Numbered from the stretch's first letter, positions 28,501-43,018 are shown. The stretch: 64,000 bases of DNA from Octopus vulgaris (GCA_951406725.2 OX597814.1:221712001-221776000); one strand, 5' to 3'. Notes: generated by a model not told the origin, from the letters alone. A program made the numbers and translations.

Positions 28501-29445
28501 AGCTAAGTCTGCATCTGTAGATTCTAGTTGTCATTACAACAAACAAGCGAGAACTCGGCCAGAGATTAGCAATTTGTGGTCTGTATATTTCTTATAGACT
28601 GCTAATAGTGCCACTGCTGCTGCTACTGTTGCTGCTGCTGCTCTTTATGTGTTTATGTGTTTAATTAAGTTTGTCTGGTCTACAAAACGAAGATAGTATA
28701 TTTATGATGCTGTTGTAGTATTGTTTTCAATGGCTCTGTACGAGTTTGTGTGCATAAAAATATTTTATGACGTTGCACTTCGCAAGGAGTTCAAACTCAG
28801 GGCAACAATGATTTGTATGTTGTGTATATAACTTTTATAGTATATTTTTGTATGTAGTCTCTTTAGTATTAACATTTGGTACTATCTTTGATTTGTTGTG
28901 TAGCTAATCAGTGTAGAATCTCATGAACTTGCAGTGCCGTTTCCACATATTCTAGTTTGCAAAACTATCCAAGATAGACTGGAAACCTGCCTACGTGATA
29001 GAAATGGTTCTCATAATTTTACCTAGAAAACCTGAGACGCATAAGTCATTCTGATTAAGAAAGTTGTTAAATGTTTGTAACAGTCGACTATCATTCAACA
29101 TAAATGTGTTTCTGATCTCCGAAACAATCAGTTATTAATAAGTAATTGTGGTTTGTTAAGCAATAATTTCATCGTTGTTTTCTTATTGCTGTCGTTCAGA
29201 GTACTTATAGTCGTACTAAACACCACTTCGTTAATTACAAGGAAAATATTGTTCCGAATACTTGAATATAAGGTTATAACAGTAAAATACTGAAAAAAAT
29301 TTTTCCCACGAATTACATGCAAAATTTTCCTACATAGCGTCATGCGTTGATATATGTATGCATACACATGAACAGGCATTCATGCACACACATGCATATA
29401 CACATGTCTATATAAACTTATTTACAACACTTGCATATATACATG

Positions 29446-29479
<34 letters not shown>

Positions 29480-31163
29480 CAAACACAAACACACATATAC
29501 AAATAGTCGTGCAAGCATGTATGTAGGTTATATACCTCTTCCAAAAGCGAATTAACAAAAGTTAGCTTCCGTATCCACGACACAATCAGACTTTATTATT
29601 TACGAGGCTGGAGCAAGGGATCTGCACTATTTCCAGGGCTTTTATAAAATGGCATCTACCAGCACTCATTTTATAGGCTTTATCCGTCCATATATAGTCC
29701 TATCATCTTTAAAAATTTGGAATCGGATTATATGAAAGAAATCAAGGCAGATATATATTTAGACACCAGAATTATAACGAACATTGGAAAATCACCAATA
29801 AAATGCTGCGATTTCAAATGACAGGTATGCGACGAAGCAGATTTGGTGAATCTTGCGGGATTATGTCTCCTAGTCACTCTCTGAAATTGCACCGGCTCCA
29901 GATTTTACGAGAGATAATCGCTTAGCTATCTCATTCTTACCACACCACGGATAGATTCAAATAGCATTTAGTCGGTGGGCTTAAGGTTTTCTTTTTTTAC
30001 TTGAACAAGGAATAAAACTAATACACAGCTTGAAAACTTCTAAACATCCCTTTCCTGTAATTAAGAAATTTTTTCAGTAATGATATCATCTGCACTCCAC
30101 ACGACCAATATAAGGATGTGATAATTTGAAATAAATTCAAAGAAAAACTCCTTTAGGTGGAAGAGGGATCATCACAGAGCAGATTATAACTAGAAAGAGA
30201 AATGTGATCTAGAAGTAATCAGAAGCAGCTCCAGGAATCTCCAAATTCTAGAACGTAATCACAAACTATCTCATCTACGCACAAATTTGACAGACTCCTC
30301 TTCAGCTCAGACAACACTACAGTGAGTTATTATTATATGGAAAATATAACTACCCAGATCAAATACTACAGCCTAACACCACTTCCTCAAACTTGACCTG
30401 TAACTTTAGAGATCCACCAACAAGTCCACTCAGAGAATATTGTCCCTTGCAAGAAGTAATATTGGAAGTAACTATTAGCCGAAACAGTTTTGAATGAAAC
30501 TATATGGTTCTACCATCAAAATCTTTCATATCCCACTGATTTCAGCATCTACAGTCATTCAAGATGAGAAGCAGGACATCCTATTTTTTTCCTTTTCAAA
30601 TGCAAAATCCTATTTTTTCTTTTCAAATGTCTACTTGTAATGTAGAACATTATTGACCGAATTATGATTTACTGTGACAAGTTACATAATTGTAGCCTCT
30701 ATTTATCCGAAACTCACATAAAATCTCAGAACCGGAGGTCAGAAACATAGCTTAATTGTAGCTTGATAATTATAGATTGATAATATTCGGGTGTCAAATG
30801 ACAAATTTCGTTCCAAAATCTGTTTAACCAATTCGCACTCAGCGACGTAAGGCTACGTTCATAAAGAATAAAATAACTAATTTCCTCTCTTTAGACTACG
30901 TGGTCATTCTAAAGGTTTAACTCAGCCAACCGCAACAAGGCAAGTTGCATTAGAGAACTTAACAGATGGCAACCGATATCGCAATAAAACTTACGGACAC
31001 AAAAGCACACCACCGTTTTTCAACAGGCGACATTGTACGAGGGCTCACAAGCTCACATCGCACGTATTGGCTATGAGAAATTCTGGATAACAATGGGTCC
31101 CATACGGACCGCTTTCCTATAAATATATAAGCAACACAAACTATATACATACATACATATATA

Positions 31164-31194
<31 letters not shown>

Positions 31195-31195
31195 C

Positions 31196-31388
31196 ATTCG
31201 CCATGATAGATCGCTAACCACTGCAAATTTTTTATTTTCTTTCCTTGTTTCTTTCTATGTTCCTTTCTGTGGAAGATCGTAGGTTCGAAACGTTAAAGAC
31301 TTTTTCACTTCTCGAGAGTTAAACTATTACATCAGTTATTTGTCTATACCACCTGTCTTCGTCTTTTTTTTTTGGTTAATTCTCCCTA
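31196..31388 (+). mobile_element. Dispersed ~200-bp repeat (second copy at 40829-41043) with a hammerhead-like motif
   Basis: attcgccatgatagatcgcta...cttt-CTGTGGA-agatcgtaggttc-GAAACGTTA-aag. Confidence 0.65.
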
Positions 31389-31412
31389 CGCGTGTGTGTG
31401 TGTGTGTGTGAA

Positions 31413-31722
31413 CGCGCATGGCTCAGTGGTTACAGCATTGAAATTAAAATCATGAGGTTGTGAGTTCGATTCTCGGACCGGGCTGTGTGTTGTGTTCTTG
31501 AGCAAGTCACTTCACTCAGCTGTAGAAATGGGTTGCGACGTAACTGGTGCCAAGCTGTATAGAGCTTTGCCTTACCCTTGGATAACACTGGTGGTGTGGA
31601 GAGGAGAGGCCGGTATGCATGGGCGACTGCTGGTCTTCTATAAACAACATTGTCCGGATTTGTGCCTGGGAGGGCAACTTTCTAGGTGCAATCCCATGGT
31701 CATTTGTGACTGAAGGGGGTCT
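31413..31722 (+). mobile_element. tRNA-derived SINE
   Basis: A box tggctcagtgg and B box gttcgattc, followed by gtgttgtgttcttgagcaagtcact. Confidence 0.75.
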
Positions 31723-31742
31723 CTCGGATATATATAAATAAG

Positions 31743-31773
<31 letters not shown>

Positions 31774-31775
<2 letters not shown>

Positions 31776-32935
31776 TAGCTGGTGCACCCGGTAATTCCCG
31801 AGGGTAACGATGTTCTATTGAAACGCTTTATTACTCTGATATAAGAAAATTTCGTTATAACTGTTACAAAAGGTTTATTTTTCCGTCACGTAAAAGTGCA
31901 GAAAACTGTCAGCTGGAGGAGGGAGAGATTGTCGGAGACTGGCGAGAGAGGGGTTCGGAGGTTGATGAGAAAGATTGTCGGATATTGGTGATGAGGTTGT
32001 CAGAGTTTGGCGAGACGCAAAGACATTATTCTGCTTAGCGAAGGCATCTGGGAAATGTATAACTGCTGTCATTCACAGAAAAACTATTGTTTTACATTGA
32101 GAAAAGCGCAGTTGAAGTGTTAAGTGTAAATTTGGCAATCGAGGATCGGATCCACGCTATGCCGGAATAAAGCCACTACAAATATGTTGTGGAATAAAAA
32201 ATTGATCAACGGTCATGGAAAAAGTGTAACTGAAAAATGCAGAATTATCGGAGTAATGGGCATTCAAAACACATATGTGTATATAGATATGTATGAATGA
32301 AGTCTTTAAGGTTTAAGATTCAAATTAACGAAGTGCAATAAGGATAATTATAAGCAGTTCAAAACTGTAAGTATTGAAATGCAGAATTAGAATTCTGAGA
32401 ATCAAATATTGATCACTTCCCTAAAATCTACAGGTGTTATGGGTTATTTCTCTTGGATTGTTTAACTAAACTGTTAGTAATACGTAGTAGATAGAAGGAT
32501 CCATTGTAAGGGCCCTATTATGGATTTTCTTTCCCAACAATCTATGTATGTTACGAGGTTTCCACACATGAGTTCTACTCACGTGTCAAATAAAGTATAA
32601 AAGTGATATTGTCTGCAAAATTTAGAAATTTAGGACACACAAAAAATCAATATTCAAAGTAATAGAAAATATAAAATGAAATGGGCTATATCCCTTGAGT
32701 GTTTAAAAATATGTACAGGTGTTATTGGTTATTTCCCTTGGGTGTTTAAAAAGTTATATGAGGTAGTCATATGAGAGCCCGTATTATAGATTTATTCCCA
32801 CAATCTAAGTATGTCACGAGGTTTCCAGACATGAGTTCTACTCATGTATCAGGTTTCATAAAAATCAATTAAACGATGTAGGATGAGTTAGCTACCAACG
32901 CCACAAATAAACACACACCGTTTTCCACATATGTA

Positions 32936-32940
<5 letters not shown>
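31774..32940 (-). mobile_element. Non-autonomous Helitron-like element
   Basis: Reverse complement of the left end is a ccctcgg-gaatta-ccggg hairpin followed by ...CTAG|t, a Helitron 3' signature. An internal diverged duplication lies at ~32425-32585 and ~32708-32850. Confidence 0.55.
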
Positions 32941-33418
<478 letters not shown>

Positions 33419-33419
33419 A

Positions 33420-34903
33420 CTTAGAATAATTTAGAAAGGTTTTGGCCAGTATTGGCCCAGGCCATGTCTAAATTAATTGCACCACCTGGCGAAGTATTTC
33501 AATTCAGGATTTAGGCACCAAGGCCCATTCGAGCAGAGAGTTATTGTTTGCGGAGACATATCCGGGTGTGGGTGGTTTGTCCGGGACTGTTTGAAGGAAT
33601 TTGTCCAAAGACTTCTTGAATTTTGTGTGGTCAGTTTCTGTTTTGACGTGTCCTGGTGTAATGTTGAAAAGAGCGGGTCCAATTGAGGTGAAATAATTGT
33701 GCCGTATTGTTGTTATGAGATGCGATTTAGATTTTTGTTGTGGACGGATGGCACGGGGTCCAAGTCTTGGATGTATTTTGAAGGTGATACCAACATCATT
33801 TGGACAGTGCTGATGGAATATTTTCCACATCATACGGATAATGTAGCGTTCACGGCGTCGTTGGAGTGAATACAGTTTCAGCTTTTCCAGTCGACCCCAG
33901 TAGTCGAGGTCTGACATGCCATCAACTTTCATAATATTCCGTTTCGTGTAGGGAGACCACAGTCGACAGCAGTATTCAAGGTGAGGTCGGGCAAAAGTGG
34001 AGAAGAGAAGGATAATGGTGTGGGAATCTCTCGACTGGAAGGTTCTGGGAATCCAGGAACACATTCTGCGGGCCATGTCAACTTTGCTGCTTATATGTGT
34101 AGCCCAGCTTATGTTGTTCTCCACAGTTACTCCCAAGTCTCTGATGTTGTTAGACGCCATTAGAATTTCACCAGAAGGAAGGGAGTATGGGAGTTTCAGA
34201 GCGTTCTCCCTTCCAAAGTGGATCAATTCGAATTTGTCTTCGTTTAGCAACATGTTGTTCTTTTCCGCCCATTGGACAACAGCCAGTAGGTCTGACTGAA
34301 GGTTTATCCGGTCATCCACGCCATTGATGACCTTCTTGAGCTTGGAATCATCAGCGAAGATTCTGATGTTACTGTGTTTGATGGTGTCAGTGATGTCATT
34401 AATGTAGATGATGAAGAGAAGTGGGCCCAACACAGTGCATTGTGGGACACCACTACTGACTTTGGCTGGGCTGGATTTGACTCCTTCAACTACAACATGT
34501 TGGGTTCTGTTTGACAGTTTCCAGTGACACCAATATTGGACAACTTTCTCAAAACGATCTTATGATCAACCCTGTCAAAGGCTTTGCTGAAATCAAGGTA
34601 GATGACATCAGTGTTGGAACCCTCAACCAAGGTTCTCAAAATGTCATCAAAATGATAGAGTAGCTGCGTCAGACAATCCCTTCCATTACGGAATCCATGC
34701 TGGTTGGAGTTCAGCATATTATGACTCTCAAAGAAGTGAGTCATACACGATCTCACCATTCTCTCAAATACCTTAATAATATGAGAGGTGAGTGAGATTG
34801 GACGGACGTAATTCACGGCAAGGGATTTGTTTCCTTTTTTGAAAACTGGGACAACAGACTGGGATAGAAGGTTTTCTGGTATATATCCAGCATCCAGTGA
34901 GTT

Positions 34904-34905
<2 letters not shown>
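33420..34905 (-). mobile_element. 5'-truncated CR1-group LINE, frameshifted RT pseudogene
   Basis: Motifs PVFKKG, RPISLTS, QHGFRNGR, YLDFSKAFDRV, LGPLLFIIYIND, FADD, DLGV, RPHLEY and SLQRRRER in ORFs 34490-34912 and 33504-34433. Confidence 0.92.
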
Positions 34906-34981
<76 letters not shown>

Positions 34982-34985
<4 letters not shown>

Positions 34986-35625
34986 GAGTTCTAGGGTACT
35001 GCACGAGTGGAATTATATACGAAAGAAGGTTTGAAAATGCAATTTAAAAGATGTTTATCGGTTTCACGCTTTGAAAAAAGATTGTCAAAAGTAACATGTA
35101 GAAGTTTGGTTGCGTTAATTATTGGTTGTTACAAATTGCTACATTACATATATACAGTCTCTGGTAACAGGGACATGTTAAGGACATAAAAAAGTTTAAC
35201 AAGTTCCTTAAAATATTGGGCACAACAGATTACTGCATAAATAATCGTTCTCAAGGACATGCTTAAGATAGTTTCCAGAAGGAATTGATATTGGTATTGG
35301 TATTGTATCTGTATATTCAAACATGCACAGAATATTGGTTGACACAGAGTACTACAATCCATATAAATGTACATTCTTTGGTGCCAAGAGCATGTTGAGA
35401 ATATCAAAAAGTTCAACAAGCTCATTGAAATAATGGGCACAAAAGGTTACAACAAATATATTATACATTCTCAAGATAATTTCCAGAAGGAATTATTAAA
35501 AGAGTTCAATAAATATTGGTATACACGTACAGAATATTATGAGTTCAAAAACATGTACATTATAATAGTAGTGAAGCTAAAACTGACCTGTCCACCATGG
35601 TAACGTAAAAGAATATTATCTATTT
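34982..35625 (-). mobile_element. Penelope-type pLTR repeat, homologous to 49950-50590
   Basis: Long near-identity with 49950-50590; a damaged U3-A8 HHR lies at ~35053-35095. Confidence 0.7.
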
Positions 35626-35744
35626 CAAGGGACACAGTATGTGTGTTTGGTTGGGGGAAAGGAGGAGTAATGTGGAACTGAAAAGAATTTACCCTTTTTG
35701 TCTCTCCTTCAAGCATCAATGATTTAGGGGTCAGGATGGGGTGA

Positions 35745-36760
35745 GTGTGTGTGTCTTTGTGTGTGTATCTGTATATATATATATGGTGTGAATAGATGTG
35801 TCTGTGTGCTTGTAAGATCTGGTAGGATGGTGTGTGTATATGTGTATCCGTTTGTCAACATGTGTGTCTATGTCTGTTGGGTGTATCTGTGTGGCATGTG
35901 TGTGTATATGCGTTTTGCGTGTGTTGGTATTGAGTATGTGTTTGTGTGTGTGCGTATATATGGTGTGGGTGTATGTGTCTTTGTGTGTGTATATATATGT
36001 GTATACATGTGCTTATGTGTGTGTCTGTGGGCTTTTTTGGATGGTCCCTGGGTCCATTGTGGTGTAAATAGATGTGTGCTTTTTAAAGTTTGGTAGGATA
36101 ATGTGTGTATATATGTTTGCCCGTTTGTGTGTGTGTGTGTGTTTGTGTATGGTTCATGTTTGTTAGTGTGTTGCGCGTGTGTTCATGTGTATGTGTTTGT
36201 TCGTATGTGTGTCCATGTCTGTTGGGTGTATCTGTGTGGCGTGTGTGTATATACATGTGTCTGCGTGCGTGTGTGTGTGTATGTGTGTGAGTGTATGAAT
36301 GTGCATGATTGGTGTTTGTTATGGTGCTGTGTGTGCGCACGTGCGTGTATATGTGTGTTTGTATGGGGGTCAAAACGGTGTGAGTGTGTGTGCATACACA
36401 CATACACACACATACACATACACACACATACACATACACACATATATATATATATATATACATATATATACACGCACATGTCTTTGTGTGTGTGGGCCGT
36501 TTTTGATTGGTCCTAGGGTCCATTGTGATGTAAATAGATGTGTGTTTTTAAGATTTGGTTGGAATGTGTGTGTATATGTGTGCCCGTCTGTGTGTGTGTG
36601 TTGTGTATGTGTGTGGTTAATGTTTGTTAGTGTGTTGCGTGTGTGCTGGTGTGTGTATGTGTTTGTTCGCATGTGTGTCCATGTATGTTGGGTTTGTCTG
36701 GGTGGCGTGTGTGTGTTTATCTGTTTTGTGTATGTTGGTATTGAGTATGTGTTTGTGTGC
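35745..36760. repeat. Complex GT-rich higher-order tandem repeat, 3 units
   Basis: The anchor tgtaaatagatgtgt...tttgg recurs at ~35787, ~36063 and ~36529, each followed by gtccatgtctgttgggt-like blocks. Confidence 0.75.
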
Positions 36761-37563
36761 ACAGAGGTTTAAGTGTCCACTTAGTGGTATCTGTTTTGTG
36801 GAGGGGTCCCTCAGTTGTTGGCGGTGAACTGTCATTCTTTCTCTGAGGGTAAGACTCGTTTGCTCTATGTAGTCTTCGTGGCACCCTTCACACCTTATGA
36901 CGTAGAGTAAATTTTTTGATGCGCACGTGAAATTATTTTTTATGATGAATGTGTGTCTTGACTGGAACTTGTACGTCGATCCCTCAATGAGGTGGATGCA
37001 AGTCCTGCAGTTGGGACGACCACATTTTTTGACGGTGGCCGGTGGGTTTGTGTTGTGTAATTTTGCGTTGGTGAGGAGGTTTTTTAGGGATTTATGTTGT
37101 CTCTTACTTTTTATTATTTTATTAGCTGCCAGTAATTTTTTTAGGCGTGGGTCTTGATTTAGCTGTGGAATGTTGTTGTATATAATAGTGTAAGCTTTTG
37201 CATTTCTTGGGTTGTGTGTTGAGAGATAGGGGAGGCTATTTACTGTACTGCGGATGTGTTTTGGTTTTCGTAAGTCTTGAATGTTAATTGATTTGGCCCG
37301 TTCTATTCCGTTGTCTACTAGTGATGCCGGATAATGTCTTTCGAGAAGAATTGCCCTTAGTTCCCGGAGTTTTCTATTTCGTGTTGTGTCATTTGAGACA
37401 ATTGTGCAGATTCTTCTCGATAAGTTGAAGGGGATATTTGTCTTTGTGTGTTTTGGGGGATTGGAGGTGAATAGAAGGTATTGTTTAGAGTCAGTAGGTT
37501 TGTAATGGATGTCAGTTTCAATGTTGACGCCTTTTTTAATGATTAGAATGTCAAGAAAAGGAA
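36755..37563 (-). mobile_element. Penelope-like element fragment: RT C-terminus + GIY-YIG endonuclease
   Basis: [45 protein letters not shown]...H. The frame is open, and the 5' end is truncated in (TA)n. Confidence 0.9.
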
Positions 37564-37664
<101 letters not shown>

Positions 37665-37768
37665 TATATATATATATGTCTGTGCGTATATACCTATATA
37701 TATATACGCACAGACATATATATATATATATATAGATATATATATATATATAGTCTGTGCGTATATAC

Positions 37769-37803
<35 letters not shown>

Positions 37804-37809
37804 GCGAAA

Positions 37810-39190
37810 AGAGAAATTGAGAATGCACTGAAAATAGTTAAAATATTTTTAATTAATGTATTTAAATTTTTAACCTGTTTAACAGTTTACACTGATTTTC
37901 AAAGAGACGAAGCTTATGTCGTAATTGTCTTGCTTCGAACTAGTGTTTAAAGATTGCCCAAGAAACACAGAGATTTACAATATTACCCGCCAGAGCATCG
38001 CACTACTAAAACAAGACTCAAAAATTAAGCAAGCATTAGAAATACACAAAATAATCAAAAGTAAAAGACAATCGAAGTTCATCAAAATTTCCTCACGTGT
38101 GCTAAATTACCTTCAACAATTCCTACACTGACAATCAAAATTGTGGCCGCCCCAATTGCGAGACCTGTATAAACCTTATCAAAGACACATCACACAAATT
38201 CAAATCAGGACGGATGTTTACCATAAAAAATCACTTTACATGTTCTTCAAGGAATTTAATATATGCTATCAAATATCGAGGATGTAATGATGATTACATA
38301 GGCTAAACAAATCTTACTTTAAGAAATAGACAGACCATTCACCAACAACAATTGCGAGACCCCAGTACTAGACATATGTGCAAAAAATAAGTCCCCCTAT
38401 TTCCAGGTCTTCCTACTCTACATCTGTTCAGCGAATACTACAGATGACGCACGGATAAACAAAGAAAATGCTTTCATGCAAATGTACAACCCAAGACTTA
38501 ACACATTTTAACAGAGCCATAAACAAATAACTATTCACAGAGAAAATTATTCTGTCACTCAACATGAGGAATCCGTATTGCTAACAACTCAAACTTTAGC
38601 CACTGGTCTACATACAGACGACTCCTGCCCATTCTCCCACCAGACACATTAAATTTGGAGTGCCTTGATTATAACTAAGAATGCTCACCTAACCGTGTCG
38701 GCCTTCATTTTAGGCGCAAGATATACTGTTACGTAACACTACCGTACGGACGAAGGGAAACGCACAGAAGGTTCTAAACGTAATCCGATGTTTATTCTCC
38801 ACGAACACTTGACAGGAAACATACAGAGCATTGCTTGTTTGAAGATGTTGAGTCAACTGTGTCAGCCTTATTTTACGACGCCAAACGTTATCACTTGATA
38901 CTAACATACGGACGTAGCGGGGAACCTTCAAAAAATTCTAAGATCAATCATGTGACTATCCTCTAGCAATCAAATCATATTCAAAACCTATACTAATTTG
39001 AGCCATGAACTGCTTCTAGAAATAGAGCAAACTTCAAACAATAATTACATGTAAGACAGCTGCAACATAAACCACGTCTTTCTATTTGAAGTTTTTGAAA
39101 ATGGGTGTAAACTGTGAAACCTGCTAAAGCTTTAAATATATCAATAAAAAATATTTTAACTATTCGCAGTGCATTTCAACTTTTTTTCCT
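37810..39190 (+). mobile_element. Penelope-like element with decayed GIY-YIG and inverted pLTR ends
   Basis: IIKSKRQ, CGRPNCETC and NHFTCSSRNLIYAIKYRGCNDDYIG*T at ~38050-38310. Positions 37820-37905 are an inverted copy of 39090-39180. Confidence 0.8.
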
Positions 39191-39289
39191 GTTTTTCTAG
39201 CCGTGGGGAATAAAATAACTTTGTTTTTCTCTATCGCTCTTCTTTTTTCTCTCTCTCTCTGTATATATAAGTTTTTAGTATATTTTATA

Positions 39290-40150
39290 AGATAGGATAG
39301 TTATACAGTCTACCTGTTTCGCGCTTTGCTACCCCTGATTGGGAAATTGGTGATTATATTGCAAATTCATAGTAGTTTAGATGCTTTGGAAGGTAATTGC
39401 TAATTGTTATTATTTGAGACAGAGGAGGTAGTTACATTTTTTGCGAGGTATACGTTTTTGAGTCCTACACTATTTTGTGGGGTGAATTCATAATATCTAT
39501 ATTACGAAGTTATAAATTCATGAATTAGAATAATGAAATAAAATATTACAAAGTCAGTTATGCGTTCAGGAATGAAAATATTTACAAAATCCAAAGTTGT
39601 TTGTGTTCATAGTCAAGCGCGGGTTGTATTTTCAATAAGTAATTCTCTATATTTAATCGCTGTTGTATAGAGATTGTTTCCTTGCACAGGTAGGTGGAGA
39701 AAATTGTGAAGTTTGGTTAGACATTCCCCACACCTCTCTATGTGTTCACTCAATGGTATCTGTCTATTCCTTGGGAAACGAATATGTTTCTTATGAAGCG
39801 TAGTTCTCCGTCTAAAGGATAGCTTTCTTTGGCCTATATAGTTGTGTCCACACTCTGAACAAGTTATTGCATAAATTTTCGGATGCACAAGTGAAATTAG
39901 TCCGACCAACCTTCACAGTTTTCCCCACCTACCAGTGTAAGGAAACAATCTCTATATAACAGAGATTAAAAAAGAGAGAAAATATGTTTATTGAAACATA
40001 CAATCCGCGCTTGAATATGAACGCATGACCAATTTTGGATTTTGTAAATATATTAATCCATGAACGCGTAACCGACTTTGTACAAATTATATTTCGTTAT
40101 TCTAATTCATGAATTTATAACTTCGTGATGTAAATACTATAAATTTACCC
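39290..40150. mobile_element. Inverted pair of Penelope GIY-YIG/3' segments
   Basis: The minus ORF 39613-39909 reads IYAITCSECGHNYIGQ..QIPLSEH. Positions 39481-39711 and 39912-40150 are diverged inverted copies. Confidence 0.8.
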
Positions 40151-40249
40151 TCCCTAAAAATCGCATCCCCACCCAAAAAAAGTGTACTCCCCAAAAAGGT
40201 GCAATTACCTCCTCTGTCCCCATTCTGAACAATGGATGAACTCAACACC

Positions 40250-40710
40250 GTTTATACTTCCATGCAAAGTGCAAATGAAATTAATTCCAGAAGAGCCTGA
40301 ACATCAAAGACTACTAAGGGAGAAATTAGCGCTTGAGGAAATGAAAGTAGAAATTGAATTACTTACACTAAGAGCGTCGACAACGAACAAAATTTTTTTA
40401 AGAATTAAAAAATTAAAGAAATGCTGATGAACTAGGCGAATGACACTATCCACCTTCACTAATAGATGTTATCATTAAACATATCAAGAGAGATTAGGCA
40501 TTCAACACCATCATGCAAAATGTTTGCATGTTCACTTGGGACTCAAAGATGAACTACATTCTACAAACACATATTCATCAAAGGTAAAAGAAACTACAAC
40601 CTAAATCCTAAATCACAAAGAAAGAATAGTGACAAATTCCCAAACAACAATGAAATTAATAGCTAAAAGATGCGGGCGTCCAAACTGTGGAATATGCCCC
40701 AACCTAATAT
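40250..40710 (+). mobile_element. Internally deleted Penelope fragment
   Basis: Ends with KRCGRPNCGICPNLI at ~40665-40709. Confidence 0.55.
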
Positions 40711-40828
40711 ATATTTTAAGGTGGTGCTCTAGCATGGCCGCAGTCAAATGACTGAATCAAGTAAAATAATTCCACTACTTTATTATCTCCCCTTCTTCCT
40801 AGCTCTCCTGTGTGACTCTTCTGTCCGC

Positions 40829-41143
<315 letters not shown>

Positions 41144-41384
41144 GGCCATCCACTCGTGACCGAGAAAGATCATTGCTGAGCTTCGGGAACATTGTGCTCT
41201 CTAGGACTAACTTATATTTTGTATTTGCGGCTCCGTTGGTGGCTAATGAGCCCTGCTCTTAGCAAGCATACACGACTGCAAACATTGCAGACCAAGCTTT
41301 CCCCATTCACTACACCAGCAGTGCACTTTCGAGCAGCACGCTTAAGTTCTTCATGCAGAATACGTGCTTTCTGAAAAGTGTCGA

Positions 41385-42206
41385 CTCCCTCCTTAATCTT
41401 ACGACCACAGTTGGTTCCGACTGACTGGTCGCAAGTCGATTAGGTCGTAAGTCGGCCTATAGGCCTACATAGCTTTGTTTTATATTTTTACAATCTTAAG
41501 GTACATTCTCAGGTAAAAGTCACACACAGCATCCTGTATTATACTACAACAGTACCACATCCTTCAATTGCACAGTAAAAAGAATCAATGGTGTCGGTTT
41601 TTCGATCTGAGTGTCAATGAAATTTGCAGTCATTTTTTCCCCCTTCATGGATGGGCTCAGTTTGCTGCTTCGTCATAACCGTAAATCGCATGGGTGCAGA
41701 ACCTGTCACAGTTTCACGAATCCTTTCTTTATCCTTCAAAATTGTGGAAAGAGGAGATTGTGATAACTTCACTTTACGTGCGATTTCATTCACTTTCTTT
41801 TCTCTTTCGTGCTCTCTAATCACCTCTATGTATCGAGGTCGATGAATTTTCTTTTGTTTCTTGGCAGTTTGAGGGAGCAGATGAAGACAATTTCCTCTTA
41901 GTAGACATTTTAGGAGATTTTTTTTTTAAATATCAAAGACAAGACACACAGAGTCACGGGAATAGCGCTCTATCGAGTCTTGCGTTTGGGTAAAAAAATT
42001 CGGAATCTCAAGCAGTCGTCTTATAAACAAATATGAGGTTGCCTCGATTTCTCCGCGACAGGATATTCAACCAACACTTGGGATAAATAACCACAGTGGC
42101 GATCGATAACCGAATCTAGGGTAAACGTTTGTTAGCTGACACCAATCGTAGTAACGTCGATTCGATCGGTCCTAAGTCGGATAGGTCGTAAGTCGACGAC
42201 GACCTA
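41385..42206 (-). mobile_element. Tigger/pogo-like DNA transposon fossil
   Basis: ORF 41614-41823 (VNEIARKVKLSQSPLSTILKDKERI) resembles a CENP-B-type HTH. Terminal inverted motif cttacgacc/ggtcgtaag with internal repeats. Confidence 0.75.
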
Positions 42207-42258
42207 ATGATAAAAATCTACATATAAATCTACATATATATGTGTGTATATTTCCCTC

Positions 42259-42329
<71 letters not shown>

Positions 42330-42332
<3 letters not shown>

Positions 42333-42953
42333 ATAAATTGAGGATATAATCATAAAAATTATTATACAAGTGGCCAGCGTATAACAAAACACACCATATC
42401 GGTAAAATTAATATTTAGAGTTGTCCGAAATTTTAAAGATTTTCTTGTCCGTTTCCCCGCATTAAGCCTTGTGCAACAAAGGAGAGCAAATTTAGAGTGG
42501 TTTGTAGATATTTGACAACTACCTCTAGTGTATTGGCGTTGTCCCTCCGGCGTCTTTAAGTATAATTATTTATCTATAATTATATACTTAGATATCAATT
42601 TTACAGATATGGTGTTTCTCATACGCTGACCACTAGTATAATGATTTTAATGATTATATCCTCAATTTATACGCATATATAATTTTGGGTTCTCTACTCA
42701 ATATATTTGCTCCAGTGCTATTCTGATAATTACTACATGGCTGAATTGGGTGATTAGATAAAATGTATACGTGGAAAATGCATGTATATATTGGTTTCTG
42801 TACGTAGGCATTTATCAACATATATATATATATTGCACTTATTGTACTGAAGAGTATAAAGCAATTTTTATAACAAAACACGAAATCTTAAGACATAGAG
42901 TTGTCCGAAATATTATAAATCTTCTTGTCCATTTCCTCGCATTCAGCCGTGAG

Positions 42954-42956
<3 letters not shown>
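42330..42956. mobile_element. (TA)n-flanked element with inverted and direct repeats and a decayed hammerhead
   Basis: Inverted repeat ~42330-42410 and ~42597-42672; direct repeat 42416-42476 and 42896-42956; CTGAAGA...GAAATCTTAAGACA at 42847-42895. Confidence 0.6.

Positions 42957-43018
<62 letters not shown>

Noticed and set aside
35745-36760. CRISPR-like or coding repeat array
   Set aside because: The units are long, irregular and microsatellite-derived, in a eukaryotic context with no cas genes.
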